Shown in pieces: positions 55,562 through 64,000 of a stretch of DNA of 64,000 nucleotides; the first letter of the stretch is position 1; every line of letters starts with the position of its first letter. The notes below the pieces were generated by a model. That model was given only the letters and a program-made list of their open reading frames with translations. It did no database searches and was not told where the DNA came from. The translations under genes were made by a program, and so were the position numbers. The DNA comes from an uncultured Actinomycetes bacterium (GTDB lineage Bacteria > Actinomycetota > UBA4738 > HRBIN12), in NCBI GenBank assembly GCA_963785835.1, contig CAWAWO010000005.1, positions 484,657 to 548,656 of the forward strand. The letters are read 5' to 3'.

Positions 55562-56218
55562 GTGGCAAAGCTCGCCGCATCGATCCTGTCCGCGGACCTG
55601 GCTCGGCTCGCCGAGGAGGTAAAGCTCGTCGAGCCGCATGTCGACCTCATCCATGTGGACGTGATGGACGCTCACTTCGTCCCGCCGCTCACGATCGGGC
55701 CTCCCGTGATCGCGAGTCTGCGGTCCCATACCGATCGACCGCTCCACGCGCACCTGCAGGTCGAGTCGCCGGAGGGGCTGTTCGAGGTGCTGGCGGAGGC
55801 GGGGACCGACGCCGTGAGTTTCCACGTGGAGGCCGTGAGCGATCCCGCGCCCCTGATCCGCAAGGCGAGCGCTCTCGAGGTCCGCGTCGGGCTCGCGCTT
55901 GCCCCCCCGACCTCGATCGAACAGGTGGGGCCGTACCTCGACGAGATCGACGACGTCGTCGTCTTGGCGGTGCATCCCGGTTGGGCGGGGCAGCCGTTCC
56001 GGTCCGAGGTGCTCGAGAAGGTCGAGGCGGTCAGGACCGAGATCGATCGCCGTGGGCTCGCCGTCGACGTTCACGTGGACGGCGGGGTGAACGCGGAGAC
56101 CGTCGGACGATGCATCGACGCCGGCGCCGATGTGGTGGTGGCCGCGTCGGCGATCTTCGGCGGCTCCGATCCCGGGGGAGCCGCTCGAAAGCTGCGCGCC
56201 CTGGCGGGGGGAGCCTGA
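55562..56218 (+). CDS. rpe: Ribulose-phosphate 3-epimerase
   Basis: SILSAD, HVDVMD.HFVP, PGWAGQ, VDGGVN. Confidence 0.95.
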   Translation: MAKLAASILSADLARLAEEVKLVEPHVDLIHVDVMDAHFVPPLTIGPPVIASLRSHTDRPLHAHLQVESPEGLFEVLAEAGTDAVSFHVEAVSDPAPLIRKASALEVRVGLALAPPTSIEQVGPYLDEIDDVVVLAVHPGWAGQPFRSEVLEKVEAVRTEIDRRGLAVDVHVDGGVNAETVGRCIDAGADVVVAASAIFGGSDPGGAARKLRALAGGA

Positions 56219-57147
56219 TGCCCGAGTCCATCCTCGTGGTCGACGACGATCCGGACATCGCCCGGTTCGTCGAGGTCAACCTCCGGAGCGCGGGGTACGA
56301 CGTGTCGGTGGCCTCGGACGGCGAGGAGGCGTTGCAGAAGGCCGGCCTGCTTCGTCCGGATCTCGTGCTCCTCGACGTGATGATGCCGCGGATCGACGGC
56401 TTCGAGGTCGCGCACCGTTTGCGCCGGAACCCGCAGACGGCCAACACGTCGATCATCATGCTGACGGCGAAGGCGCTCGCGACCGACAAAGTGCTCGGGC
56501 TCACCGCCGGCGCCGACGACTACATCATCAAGCCGTTCGACCCGATCGAGCTGCTCGCGCGCGTCAAGGGAACGCTCCGTCGCGCGAAGGAGATGCGCAA
56601 CCTGTCGCCGCTTACGGGACTGCCCGGCAACATCCGGATCCAAGAGGAGATCGAACGCATGGTGCGCGAGGATCATCCGTTCGCGGTCCTGTACGCCGAC
56701 CTCGACAACTTCAAGGCGTACAACGATCAGAAGGGGTTCGTCCGGGGCGACCGCCTGATCCAGGCGACCGCCCGCGTGATCCAGGACGCGGTCGTCCAGT
56801 ACGCCCCCGACGGGTTCGTCGGGCACGTCGGTGGCGACGACTTCGTCGCGGTCGTGCAGCCCGACGTCGCCGAGGACGTGGCCAAGCGCGTCGTCGAGAC
56901 GTTCGACGCCCAGATCCACGGGTTCTACGAGCCCGAGGAGGTCGCGCAGGGCTACGTAGAGGTCGAGGACCGCAAAGGGGAGATGCAGCACATCCCGATC
57001 GCCGGGGTCTCGGTCGGCATCGCCACCACGGATGTGCGCTCGTTCGCCCACTACGGGGAGGCCGTCTCGATGGCGACGGAGATGAAGCAGTTTGCCAAGC
57101 GCGAGGGGCGTTCTTCCTACGCGATCGACCGCCGCAGGGTGGACTGA
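56218..57147 (+). CDS. Response regulator with a diguanylate cyclase domain (REC-GGDEF)
   Basis: LVVDDD, LLDVMMP, KPF; PLTGLPGN, DLDNFKAYND, GHVGGDDF. Confidence 0.93.
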   Translation: MPESILVVDDDPDIARFVEVNLRSAGYDVSVASDGEEALQKAGLLRPDLVLLDVMMPRIDGFEVAHRLRRNPQTANTSIIMLTAKALATDKVLGLTAGADDYIIKPFDPIELLARVKGTLRRAKEMRNLSPLTGLPGNIRIQEEIERMVREDHPFAVLYADLDNFKAYNDQKGFVRGDRLIQATARVIQDAVVQYAPDGFVGHVGGDDFVAVVQPDVAEDVAKRVVETFDAQIHGFYEPEEVAQGYVEVEDRKGEMQHIPIAGVSVGIATTDVRSFAHYGEAVSMATEMKQFAKREGRSSYAIDRRRVD

Positions 57148-57259
57148 CTCGCCACCCTCCCAGAGGCGGCCGACCTCTGCGGCCGGAAGGACTTCTTCTC
57201 CCTGACCAGGCCCGCGGGGTGACCGGCCGCAGCCGGCCGACCTATACTCAGGCGAGAAA

Positions 57260-57387
57260 CCTGTCTTCGGGGCGGGGTGCAAGTCCCCACCGGCGGTGAC
57301 AGTCCGCGACCCTCCGAGAGCCACTCGGGGGTGGACCCGGTGCGATTCCGGGACCGACCGTGAGAGTCGGGATGGGAGAGGACGGGT
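57260..57387 (+). ncRNA. FMN riboswitch (RFN element)
   Basis: TCTTCGGGGCGGGGTGCAAGTCCCCACCGGCGGTGACAGTCCGCGA...CCGGTGCGATTCCGG..CCGAC..GGATGGGAGAGGA; TATACT -10 at 57243; upstream of ribD. Confidence 0.96.
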
Positions 57388-57451
57388 GCGCGGCGGCTGC
57401 CAGGCCGCCCCGTCCCGCGTTCCCCGCATACCGCCTCGGGAACGGAGCAGC

Positions 57452-58549
57452 GTGTCCGACGAGGCGTACATCGAGCGAGCGATCGAGCTCGCGGAGCGGG
57501 GACGGGGGCTCGTTTCGCCCAACCCGATGGTCGGCGCCGTGGTCGTCGCCGAGGACCAGGTCGTCGGGGAGGGCTGGCACGAAGGCGCCGGGCTGCCGCA
57601 TGCGGAGGTCCTGGCCCTGAACGCCGCCGGCGAGCGAGCGCGGGGCGCCACGCTCTACGCCTCTTTGGAACCGTGCACCCACTACGGCCGCACCCCGCCC
57701 TGTACGGACGCCATCCTTCGCGCCGGCATCGCTCGGGTGGTCGCCGCCGCGACCGATCCGAACCCGGTCGTCGACGGCAAGGGGTTCGAGATCCTGCGGT
57801 CGGGCGGGATCGACGTTCGGTCCGGCGTCCTGGCCGAGGCGGCCGAACGCCAGAACCATGCCTTCGCGAAGCACGTTCGAACGGGGATGCCGTTCGTCGT
57901 CTGGAAGATGGCGTCCTCGCTCGACGGCAAGGTCGCCGCTCGCGACGGTTCGTCGCGGTGGGTGACCGGCGACGCCGCCAGGGCCGACGTCCACCGGTTG
58001 CGCGCGTGGTCGGATGCGATCGCGGTCGGGGCCGGCACGGCGCTCGCCGACGATCCCGAGCTCACGGTCCGAGATCCCGACTATCGCGGACGGCCGCCGA
58101 TCCGCGTGCTCGTGGACGCCCGCGGCCGCGTGCCCGCGACCGGTGACCTGTTCGATCGTCAGGCGCCGACCCTGGTGGCTACCACGGAGCGTGCGCCCGT
58201 CGAGGTTCGCGAGGCGTGGCGCGCGGCCGGAGCCGACGTCGTCGTGTTCGAGGCCGAGGGCGAGCTGGTGCCGATCGGCGCACTCCTCGCGGATCTCGGC
58301 AAGCGCGACGTGCAGGGAGTGCTGCTGGAGGGTGGGCCGACGCTCGCCTGGTCGGCCGTCGAGGACGGGCTGGTCGACGCGATCGTCCTGTACCTGTCCC
58401 CGAAGTTGATCGGCGGACGGGACGCCCCGACCGTGCTCGAAGGCCGGGGGTTCGCCCCGGTCGGGCACGCGCTGCCGCTGCGGATCCGTTCGGTCGAGCA
58501 CGTCGGAGAGGACCTGAGGGTGGAGGCCGATGTTCACCGGGATCGTTGA
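57452..58549 (+). CDS. ribD: Riboflavin biosynthesis deaminase/reductase RibD
   Basis: PNPMVGAV, HAE, LEPCTHYGRTPPC, SLDGK, LLEGG. Confidence 0.97.
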   Translation: MSDEAYIERAIELAERGRGLVSPNPMVGAVVVAEDQVVGEGWHEGAGLPHAEVLALNAAGERARGATLYASLEPCTHYGRTPPCTDAILRAGIARVVAAATDPNPVVDGKGFEILRSGGIDVRSGVLAEAAERQNHAFAKHVRTGMPFVVWKMASSLDGKVAARDGSSRWVTGDAARADVHRLRAWSDAIAVGAGTALADDPELTVRDPDYRGRPPIRVLVDARGRVPATGDLFDRQAPTLVATTERAPVEVREAWRAAGADVVVFEAEGELVPIGALLADLGKRDVQGVLLEGGPTLAWSAVEDGLVDAIVLYLSPKLIGGRDAPTVLEGRGFAPVGHALPLRIRSVEHVGEDLRVEADVHRDR

Positions 58550-59114
58550 GGAGCGCGGCGTGGTGCGGGAGACCGGCCCGCCCCGGCTCTCGGTCGCGTG
58601 CCGGACGGTGACGTCGGACGCCGAGCCCGGAGCCTCGATCGCGGTGAACGGCGCCTGCCTGACCGTGGTCGAGCGCTCGAGCGACCATCTCGCGTTCGAC
58701 CTGTCCGAGGAGACGCTCCGCCGGACCGGCTTCGCCCGGCTCCGCGAGGGCGACCCCGTGAACCTCGAGCGCGCGCTGACGCTGTCGAGCCGTCTGGGCG
58801 GGCACCTCGTCCAGGGGCACGTCGACGGGGTCGGGGAGGTGACGGGGTTCGAACGCACGGGCGACGGTGGCGCCTGGCTCACCGTGCGCGCGCCGGGGGA
58901 CCTCGTCCGCTACCTGGTGGAGAAGGGGTCGATCGGCGTGGACGGCGTGAGCCTCACGATCGCCGAGTGCGTCGGCGAGGTGTTCTCGGCCGCGCTGATC
59001 CCGCACACGCTCGACGTGACGACGCTCGGGTCGGCGAAGGTGGGCGACCCCGTGAACCTGGAGGTCGACGTGATCGCGAAGTACGTGGAGGCGCTCCAGG
59101 GGCAGCGGATATGA
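58530..59114 (+). CDS. ribE: Riboflavin synthase (alpha chain)
   Basis: MFTGIVEE, SIAVNGACLT, GGHLVQGHVDG, KGSIGVDGVSLT. Confidence 0.97.
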   Translation: MFTGIVEERGVVRETGPPRLSVACRTVTSDAEPGASIAVNGACLTVVERSSDHLAFDLSEETLRRTGFARLREGDPVNLERALTLSSRLGGHLVQGHVDGVGEVTGFERTGDGGAWLTVRAPGDLVRYLVEKGSIGVDGVSLTIAECVGEVFSAALIPHTLDVTTLGSAKVGDPVNLEVDVIAKYVEALQGQRI

Positions 59115-60349
59115 GGGATCCGGCGTTCTCGACGATCGACGAGGCCATCGCCGACATCCGGGCGGGCAAGATCGTGATCGTCGTCGACGACGCCGACCGG
59201 GAGAACGAGGGCGACTTCATCATGGCCGCCGAGATGGCCACCCCCGAGAGCCTGAACTTCATGGTCACCCACGGCCGCGGGATCGTGTGCATGCCGATGA
59301 CGCAGCAACGGCTCGACGAGCTTCGGATCCCGTTGATGGTCTCGAAGAACAACGAGAGTCACGGCACCGCGTTCGCGGTCTCGATCGACATCCAGGGCCG
59401 CACGACGACCGGCACGAGCGCGTTCGACAGGGCGGCGACCGTTCGAGCGATCGCCGACCCCGACCTGCGCCCCGAGGACATCCGGATGCCCGGCCACGTG
59501 TTCCCGCTCATGGCGCAGGAGGGCGGCGTGCTGAAGCGCGCCGGTCACACCGAGGCGACCGTCGACCTGGCTCGCCTGGCGGGCCTGTATCCCGCCGGCG
59601 TGCTCTGCGAGGTCCTGCATCCGGACGGGTCGATGGCCCGCCTGCCCGAGCTCACCCGGGTCGCGACGGAGCACGACCTGCGGATCATCTCGATCGCGGA
59701 CCTGATCGAGCACCGCCGTCGCCGGGAGCACCTGGTCCAGCGCACGGCCGAGGCTCAGATCCCGACCGAGCACGGCGAGTTCACCGCGTACACGTACGAG
59801 AGCCTCGTCGACGGGATCGTGCACGTCGCGCTCGTGCTCGGTGAGGTCGGCGACGGGGAGCGGATCCTCGTCCGGGTGCATTCGGAGTGCCTGACCGGCG
59901 ACGTGTTCGGGTCGATGCGGTGCGATTGCGGCGATCAGCTCCACAGCGCCATCAGCCAGGTGGGCAAGGAAGGTCGAGGGGTCGTCCTCTACATCCGCGG
60001 CCACGAGGGCCGCGCGATCGGGCTGACGCACAAGCTGCGCGCGTACCGGCTGCAGGAGCAGGGTCGCGACACGGTCGAGGCGAACGTCGAGCTCGGGTTC
60101 GCGGCCGACCCACGCGACTACGGGATCGGGGCGCAGATCCTCGTCGATCTCGGCGTGCGCTCGATGCGGCTGCTCACGAACAACCCCGCCAAGCGCGCCG
60201 GCCTGGAGGGCTACGGGCTCTCGATCGTCGAACGGGTCCCGCTCGAGACGCGACCGACGGCCATGAACATCGGGTACCTGCGGACCAAGGCTCAGAAGAT
60301 GGGGCACCTGCTCGAGAACCTGGAGGAGGAACCGGGGGTGGCGCCGTGA
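59111..60349 (+). CDS. ribBA: Bifunctional DHBP synthase / GTP cyclohydrolase II
   Basis: DDADRENEGD, RAGHTEA, VRVHSECLTGD...CDC, LLTNNP. Confidence 0.97.
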   Translation: MRDPAFSTIDEAIADIRAGKIVIVVDDADRENEGDFIMAAEMATPESLNFMVTHGRGIVCMPMTQQRLDELRIPLMVSKNNESHGTAFAVSIDIQGRTTTGTSAFDRAATVRAIADPDLRPEDIRMPGHVFPLMAQEGGVLKRAGHTEATVDLARLAGLYPAGVLCEVLHPDGSMARLPELTRVATEHDLRIISIADLIEHRRRREHLVQRTAEAQIPTEHGEFTAYTYESLVDGIVHVALVLGEVGDGERILVRVHSECLTGDVFGSMRCDCGDQLHSAISQVGKEGRGVVLYIRGHEGRAIGLTHKLRAYRLQEQGRDTVEANVELGFAADPRDYGIGAQILVDLGVRSMRLLTNNPAKRAGLEGYGLSIVERVPLETRPTAMNIGYLRTKAQKMGHLLENLEEEPGVAP

Positions 60350-60894
60350 ACGAGATCCCGGGGGGGCGGGGGGCTCAAGGCGCTGACGCGGATGCGAGCG
60401 CGGACGCGCGAGCGGTAGGCCCCCGCGAGCTCAAAGGCGAGCTTCGAGCCGGCGGGCGGCGCTTCGCGGTCGTCGCGGCCCGGTTCAACGAGCTCGTGAC
60501 CCGCAAGCTGCTGGAGGGCGCGCTCGCGGCGCTCCGGGCGGGCGGCGTGGCGGACGAGGACGTCGACGTGGCGTGGGTGCCGGGCGCGTTCGAGCTTCCC
60601 CTGGTGGCCCGCCGCATGGCCGCCTCGAAGACGTACGACGGCGTGATCTGTCTCGGCGCCGTGATCCGTGGCGAGACGGCGCATTTCGATCACGTCGCCA
60701 GGGAAGCGGCCACAGGGATCCGCAGCGCCGGCGAGGAGACGGGGGTGCCCGTGACCTTCGGCGTCCTCACCACCGACACGCTCGAGCAGGCGTTGGATCG
60801 CGCGGGTGGGGAACATGGGAACAAGGGCTGGGACGCGGCGACCGCCGCCATCGAGACGGCCTCGCTGCTCGAGCAACTGCCCAAGGAGGCGTGA
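60346..60894 (+). CDS. ribH: 6,7-dimethyl-8-ribityllumazine synthase
   Basis: ARFN, VPGAFELP, GAVIRGETAHFD, FGVLT, NKG. Confidence 0.96.
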   Translation: MNEIPGGRGAQGADADASADARAVGPRELKGELRAGGRRFAVVAARFNELVTRKLLEGALAALRAGGVADEDVDVAWVPGAFELPLVARRMAASKTYDGVICLGAVIRGETAHFDHVAREAATGIRSAGEETGVPVTFGVLTTDTLEQALDRAGGEHGNKGWDAATAAIETASLLEQLPKEA

Positions 60895-60897
60895 TCC

Positions 60898-61248
60898 GTG
60901 ATCGTGGACAAGCCGTGGGGCAAGGTCGTGACCTATGCGCTGAACCAGCCGGCCTCGGTACGGATGATCACCGTCGAGCCGGGGCAGGAGACCAGCGTGC
61001 ACTACCACCAGATGCGCGACGAGATGTGGGTGGTGCTCGACGCAGGGCTGAACGTCCAGATCGGCAACCGGTCCGTGGAGGCCTCGACGGGCGAGGAGTT
61101 CATGGTGAGCGCGGAGACCACCCACCGGATCACCAACCAGGGGACGTCCCGCGGGCGCGTGCTGGAGATCGCGTACGGCTACACGACCGAGGACGACACG
61201 CTGCGCCTCCAGGACGACTACGGGCGCGCGCTCGAACCCGACTGGTGA
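60898..61248 (+). CDS. Cupin protein (mannose-6-phosphate isomerase type II C-terminal-like)
   Basis: KPWG, SVHYHQMRDEMWVV, THRI, RLQDDYGR. Confidence 0.85.
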   Translation: MIVDKPWGKVVTYALNQPASVRMITVEPGQETSVHYHQMRDEMWVVLDAGLNVQIGNRSVEASTGEEFMVSAETTHRITNQGTSRGRVLEIAYGYTTEDDTLRLQDDYGRALEPDW

Positions 61249-61314
61249 TCGTGGCGTTGAGCGGCCGGGATGCCGCGTGCTACGCTCCGCGGGCTCCAAG
61301 CACAGGAGGGCACG

Positions 61315-61518
61315 TTGGCAGAGCAGGGCACCGTGAAGTGGTTCAGCAACGAGAAGGGCTTCGGCTTCATCTCGCGCGAGGGAGAGGACGACGTCTTCGT
61401 CCATTTCTCCGCGATCGAAGGCGAAGGCTACAAGTCGCTCACCGAGGGCCAGACGGTCGAGTTCGACGTCGTGGACGGCCCCAAGGGCAAGCAGGCGGCC
61501 AACGTTCGGCCCGTCTGA
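61315..61518 (+). CDS. cspA: Cold-shock protein
   Basis: [24 protein letters not shown]; AGGAGG RBS before TTG. Confidence 0.96.
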   Translation: MAEQGTVKWFSNEKGFGFISREGEDDVFVHFSAIEGEGYKSLTEGQTVEFDVVDGPKGKQAANVRPV

Positions 61519-61606
61519 CATCGGCCCCGCCCGGGGGCGCTCCGAGCGTCGACACCGCCTCGAACCTGCACCTATACTCTGCGGGTTCGGTTCACCGTGT
61601 TCCACC

Positions 61607-61631
61607 AGGCACCGGCGGACGCCCGGTGCCT
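61607..61631 (+). promoter_or_regulatory. Leader hairpin upstream of infC-rpmI-rplT
   Basis: AGGCACCGG/CCGGTGCCT 9-bp stem between a TATACT -10 (61573) and the infC SD. Confidence 0.5.
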
Positions 61632-61656
61632 TCGTCTCGATAGGAGGTGATGCGGG

Positions 61657-62220
61657 GTCTCGGCTGATCCGCGCATAAACGACCGGATCCGCTCGGCGCA
61701 GGTGCGCCTGGTGGGCCCGGACGGATCGCAGATCGGGATCGTTTCGACCCAGGATGCGCTCCGGCAGGCACAGGAGTTGGACCTCGATCTGGTGGAGGTG
61801 GCGCCGCAGGCGAATCCCCCCGTGGCCCGCATCATGGATTACGGGAAGTTCAAGTACGAGCGCGACATCCGCCAGAAGGAAGCCCGCAAGAAGCAGGCTC
61901 GGATCGAGGTCAAGGAGATCAAGTTCCGTCCGAAGATCGACCCGCACGACTACGCCACCAAGAAGGGCCACGTCGAGCGGTTCCTGCGGGCGGGCGCGCG
62001 GGTCAAGGTGACCATCATGTTCCGCGGGAGGGAGATGGCCCGGACCGAGCTCGGCCGCAAGATCTTGGACCGGCTGGTCGAGGACCTCGGGGACTCGGCC
62101 GTGGTCGAGTCCTCGCCCAAGCAGGACGGACGCAACATGGTGATGGTCATCGCGCCGACGAAGAAGCATCCCGAACCGAAGGGCGCGGGCAGGGAACGCA
62201 CCTCGCCCGCCCCGGCCTAA
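61657..62220 (+). CDS. infC: Translation initiation factor IF-3 (non-canonical start)
   Basis: [11 protein letters not shown] upstream of the ORF-track start; [34 protein letters not shown]. Confidence 0.96.
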   Translation, partial: VSADPRINDRIRSAQVRLVGPDGSQIGIVSTQDALRQAQELDLDLVEVAPQANPPVARIMDYGKFKYERDIRQKEARKKQARIEVKEIKFRPKIDPHDYATKKGHVERFLRAGARVKVTIMFRGREMARTELGRKILDRLVEDLGDSAVVESSPKQDGRNMVMVIAPTKKHPEPKGAGRERTSPAPA

Positions 62221-62259
62221 GGGACGCGACCGAGCATCAGGCAGGAAGCAGGGAAGAAG

Positions 62260-62451
62260 ATGCCGAAACAGAAGACGCACCGCGCGACGGCCAAGCGCTT
62301 CCGCATCACGCGCCGGGGCAAGGTGATCCACCGCAAGGCGACCGGGAACCATTTCCTGAAGAAGAAGGGTGGCAGCCGACGGCGCCGCGTCGAAGGCATG
62401 ACCGAGGTCACGGCCGAGCGGACCAACATCCGCCGGTTGCTGGGGAAGTAG
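62260..62451 (+). CDS. rpmI: 50S ribosomal protein L35
   Basis: [19 protein letters not shown]. Confidence 0.97.
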   Translation: MPKQKTHRATAKRFRITRRGKVIHRKATGNHFLKKKGGSRRRRVEGMTEVTAERTNIRRLLGK

Positions 62452-62458
62452 GGTCGAG

Positions 62459-62818
62459 ATGGCACGCGTCAAGCGCTCCGTGCACGCGAAGAAGAAGCGC
62501 CGCGAGGTCCTCCGCAAGGCGAAGGGCTACTACGGCTCGCGCTCGCGCCGCTATCGCGTCGCGAAGGAACAGCTCCTGCACTCGGGTCAGTACGCCTACC
62601 GCGACCGGCGCGACCGCAAGGCGCAGTTCCGCCGGCTGTGGATCGCGCGGATCGGAGCCGGTGCCCGCCAGAACGGCCTGTCCTACTCGCGGTTCATGAA
62701 CGGTCTGCAAAGAGCCGGGGTCGAGGTCGACCGCAAGGCGCTCGCGGATCTGGCCGTGCACGACCCGGCGGCGTTCGGGCAGCTCGTCCAGGCGGCGAAG
62801 GACGCGCTCGCAGCCTAG
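62459..62818 (+). CDS. rplT: 50S ribosomal protein L20
   Basis: [36 protein letters not shown]. Confidence 0.98.
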   Translation: MARVKRSVHAKKKRREVLRKAKGYYGSRSRRYRVAKEQLLHSGQYAYRDRRDRKAQFRRLWIARIGAGARQNGLSYSRFMNGLQRAGVEVDRKALADLAVHDPAAFGQLVQAAKDALAA

Positions 62819-62896
62819 ACGCGTCGCGACCCCGAGGGGGGCCGCCGTCCGCGCCACCGCGCGGAGAACGTCCGAGGCTCGTCCCCCGGCGCCCCC

Positions 62897-64000
62897 GTGA
62901 TCACCTCCGTCCGGAACCCGAGGGTGGCTTCCGCGCTCCGGCTCCACAAGCGCGCGTTCCGCGAGCGCGACCGGGCGTTCCTGGTCGAGGGCATTCGAGC
63001 CGTGGAGGAGGCGCTCGGGCGCCCGGGCGGCGTCACGGCGCTCTTCTGTCTCGATCCGAGCCACCGTCTCGCCGAGCGCGCGCGGTCCGTCGGTGCCGAG
63101 GTCGTCCATGTGGGCGAGGAGGTGATGGCGCGCCTCACCGGCACCGTCACGCCGCAGGGGATGGTGGCGCTCGCGCCGTTCGTCGACGTCTCGATCGACG
63201 CGCTTCCGTCGGATCTCTCGTGCGTCGCGCTCCTGCACGCGGTCCGAGATCCGGGCAACGCCGGAACCGTCCTCCGCTCCGTGGACGCGGCCGGAGCCGA
63301 CGCCGTGGTCGTCTCCTCCGCGTCGGTCGACGTGTACAACGCGAAGACCGTCCGCGCATCGGCGGGGTCGTTGTTCCACGTTCCGCTGGTCCGTGAGGTC
63401 GACACCGAGGAGACGATCGAGCTCCTGCGGAGCCGCGGTGTTCGGGTGCTCGCCATGGACGCCACGGCGGAGTCCGACCTCCACGAGGTGGACCTCACCG
63501 ACCCCGTCGCGTTCGTGTTCGGGAACGAGGCGTGGGGTCTTCCGGAGGAGATCGCGCGCCTCGCCGACGTGGTCGTGCGGATCCCGATCGCAGGTCGCGC
63601 CGAATCGCTCAACGTCGCCGCCGCGGCGACGGTTTGCCTGTTCGAGTGGGCGAGGCAGCAGCGCGAGGGGCGGCGGGCGGTCCTCGAGACGCTGATCGCC
63701 GCGGCGGCACACGACATCCGGTCGCCGCTCACCGCGATGAAGGGCTTCGGCCACTCGCTGTTGACCCGCTGGGATCGGATGACGGCCGATCAACGCGACC
63801 TGATGCTGCGGGGCATCGTCGTGGACGCGGACCGCATGAACTCGATCGTGCGCCAGCTGGTCGACGCCGCGCGCCTGACCGCCGGACGGCTCGAGCTGTT
63901 CCCCGAACGGACCGACGTCGGGGACCTCGTCCGGCGGGTCGCGGCCTCGCTCGCCCGGAACCCCGATCATCCGCCGGTCGAGTGGGAGGGGGGCGACGTG
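62897..64000 (+). CDS. TrmH/SpoU-family RNA methyltransferase fused to a histidine kinase HisKA domain (truncated by the window end)
   Basis: Hand translation: ITSVRNPRV, FLVEG, VRDPGNAGTVLRS, FGNEAWGL, ESLNVAAAA, then in frame AAAAHDIRSPLTAMKGF...ADRMNSIVRQLVDAARLTAGRLEL. Confidence 0.9.
   Translation, partial: MITSVRNPRVASALRLHKRAFRERDRAFLVEGIRAVEEALGRPGGVTALFCLDPSHRLAERARSVGAEVVHVGEEVMARLTGTVTPQGMVALAPFVDVSIDALPSDLSCVALLHAVRDPGNAGTVLRSVDAAGADAVVVSSASVDVYNAKTVRASAGSLFHVPLVREVDTEETIELLRSRGVRVLAMDATAESDLHEVDLTDPVAFVFGNEAWGLPEEIARLADVVVRIPIAGRAESLNVAAAATVCLFEWARQQREGRRAVLETLIAAAAHDIRSPLTAMKGFGHSLLTRWDRMTADQRDLMLRGIVVDADRMNSIVRQLVDAARLTAGRLELFPERTDVGDLVRRVAASLARNPDHPPVEWEGGDV

Overview
This is a high-GC Actinomycetota chromosomal core region. 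The taxon is inferred from mIHF, the DUF948-alaS-ruvX-mltG-aroE synteny, a GAAC-N4-GTTC LexA box and many leaderless-type starts. Almost all genes are on the + strand. Order: ECF sigma factor and beta-propeller, TfoX, WS/DGAT, ruvCAB, yajC-HD-secD-secF-apt-relA-dtd, a short minus-strand accessory patch, hisS-aspS-rarA-alaS-ruvX-mltG-aroE, a partial type IV pilus locus (pilD, two tandem BldC/Rv0500A-like HTH genes, pilMNO, a Pro-rich gene), aroCKBQ-pepQ-efp-nusB, tatA, the PyrR-controlled pyr/car operon, mihF-gmk-rpoZ-coaBC-metK-priA-def-fmt-rsmB-rpe, REC-GGDEF, an FMN riboswitch with the rib operon, a cupin, cspA, infC-rpmI-rplT, and a TrmH gene running off the end. Many single-base frameshifts, including in essential genes, look like uncorrected long-read errors. 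No CRISPR array, tRNA, rRNA or mobile element was seen. The most unusual signals are: (1) an in-frame fusion of a TrmH/SpoU RNA methyltransferase to a histidine-kinase HisKA domain; (2) a SecD with about 185 extra residues forming five Cys-pair repeats; (3) a PyrD/PyrK pair that has lost canonical substrate- and NAD-binding motifs; (4) duplicated BldC-like regulators with an AT-rich palindromic promoter heading pilMNO; (5) non-canonical starts for infC (GTC) and gmk (CTG).
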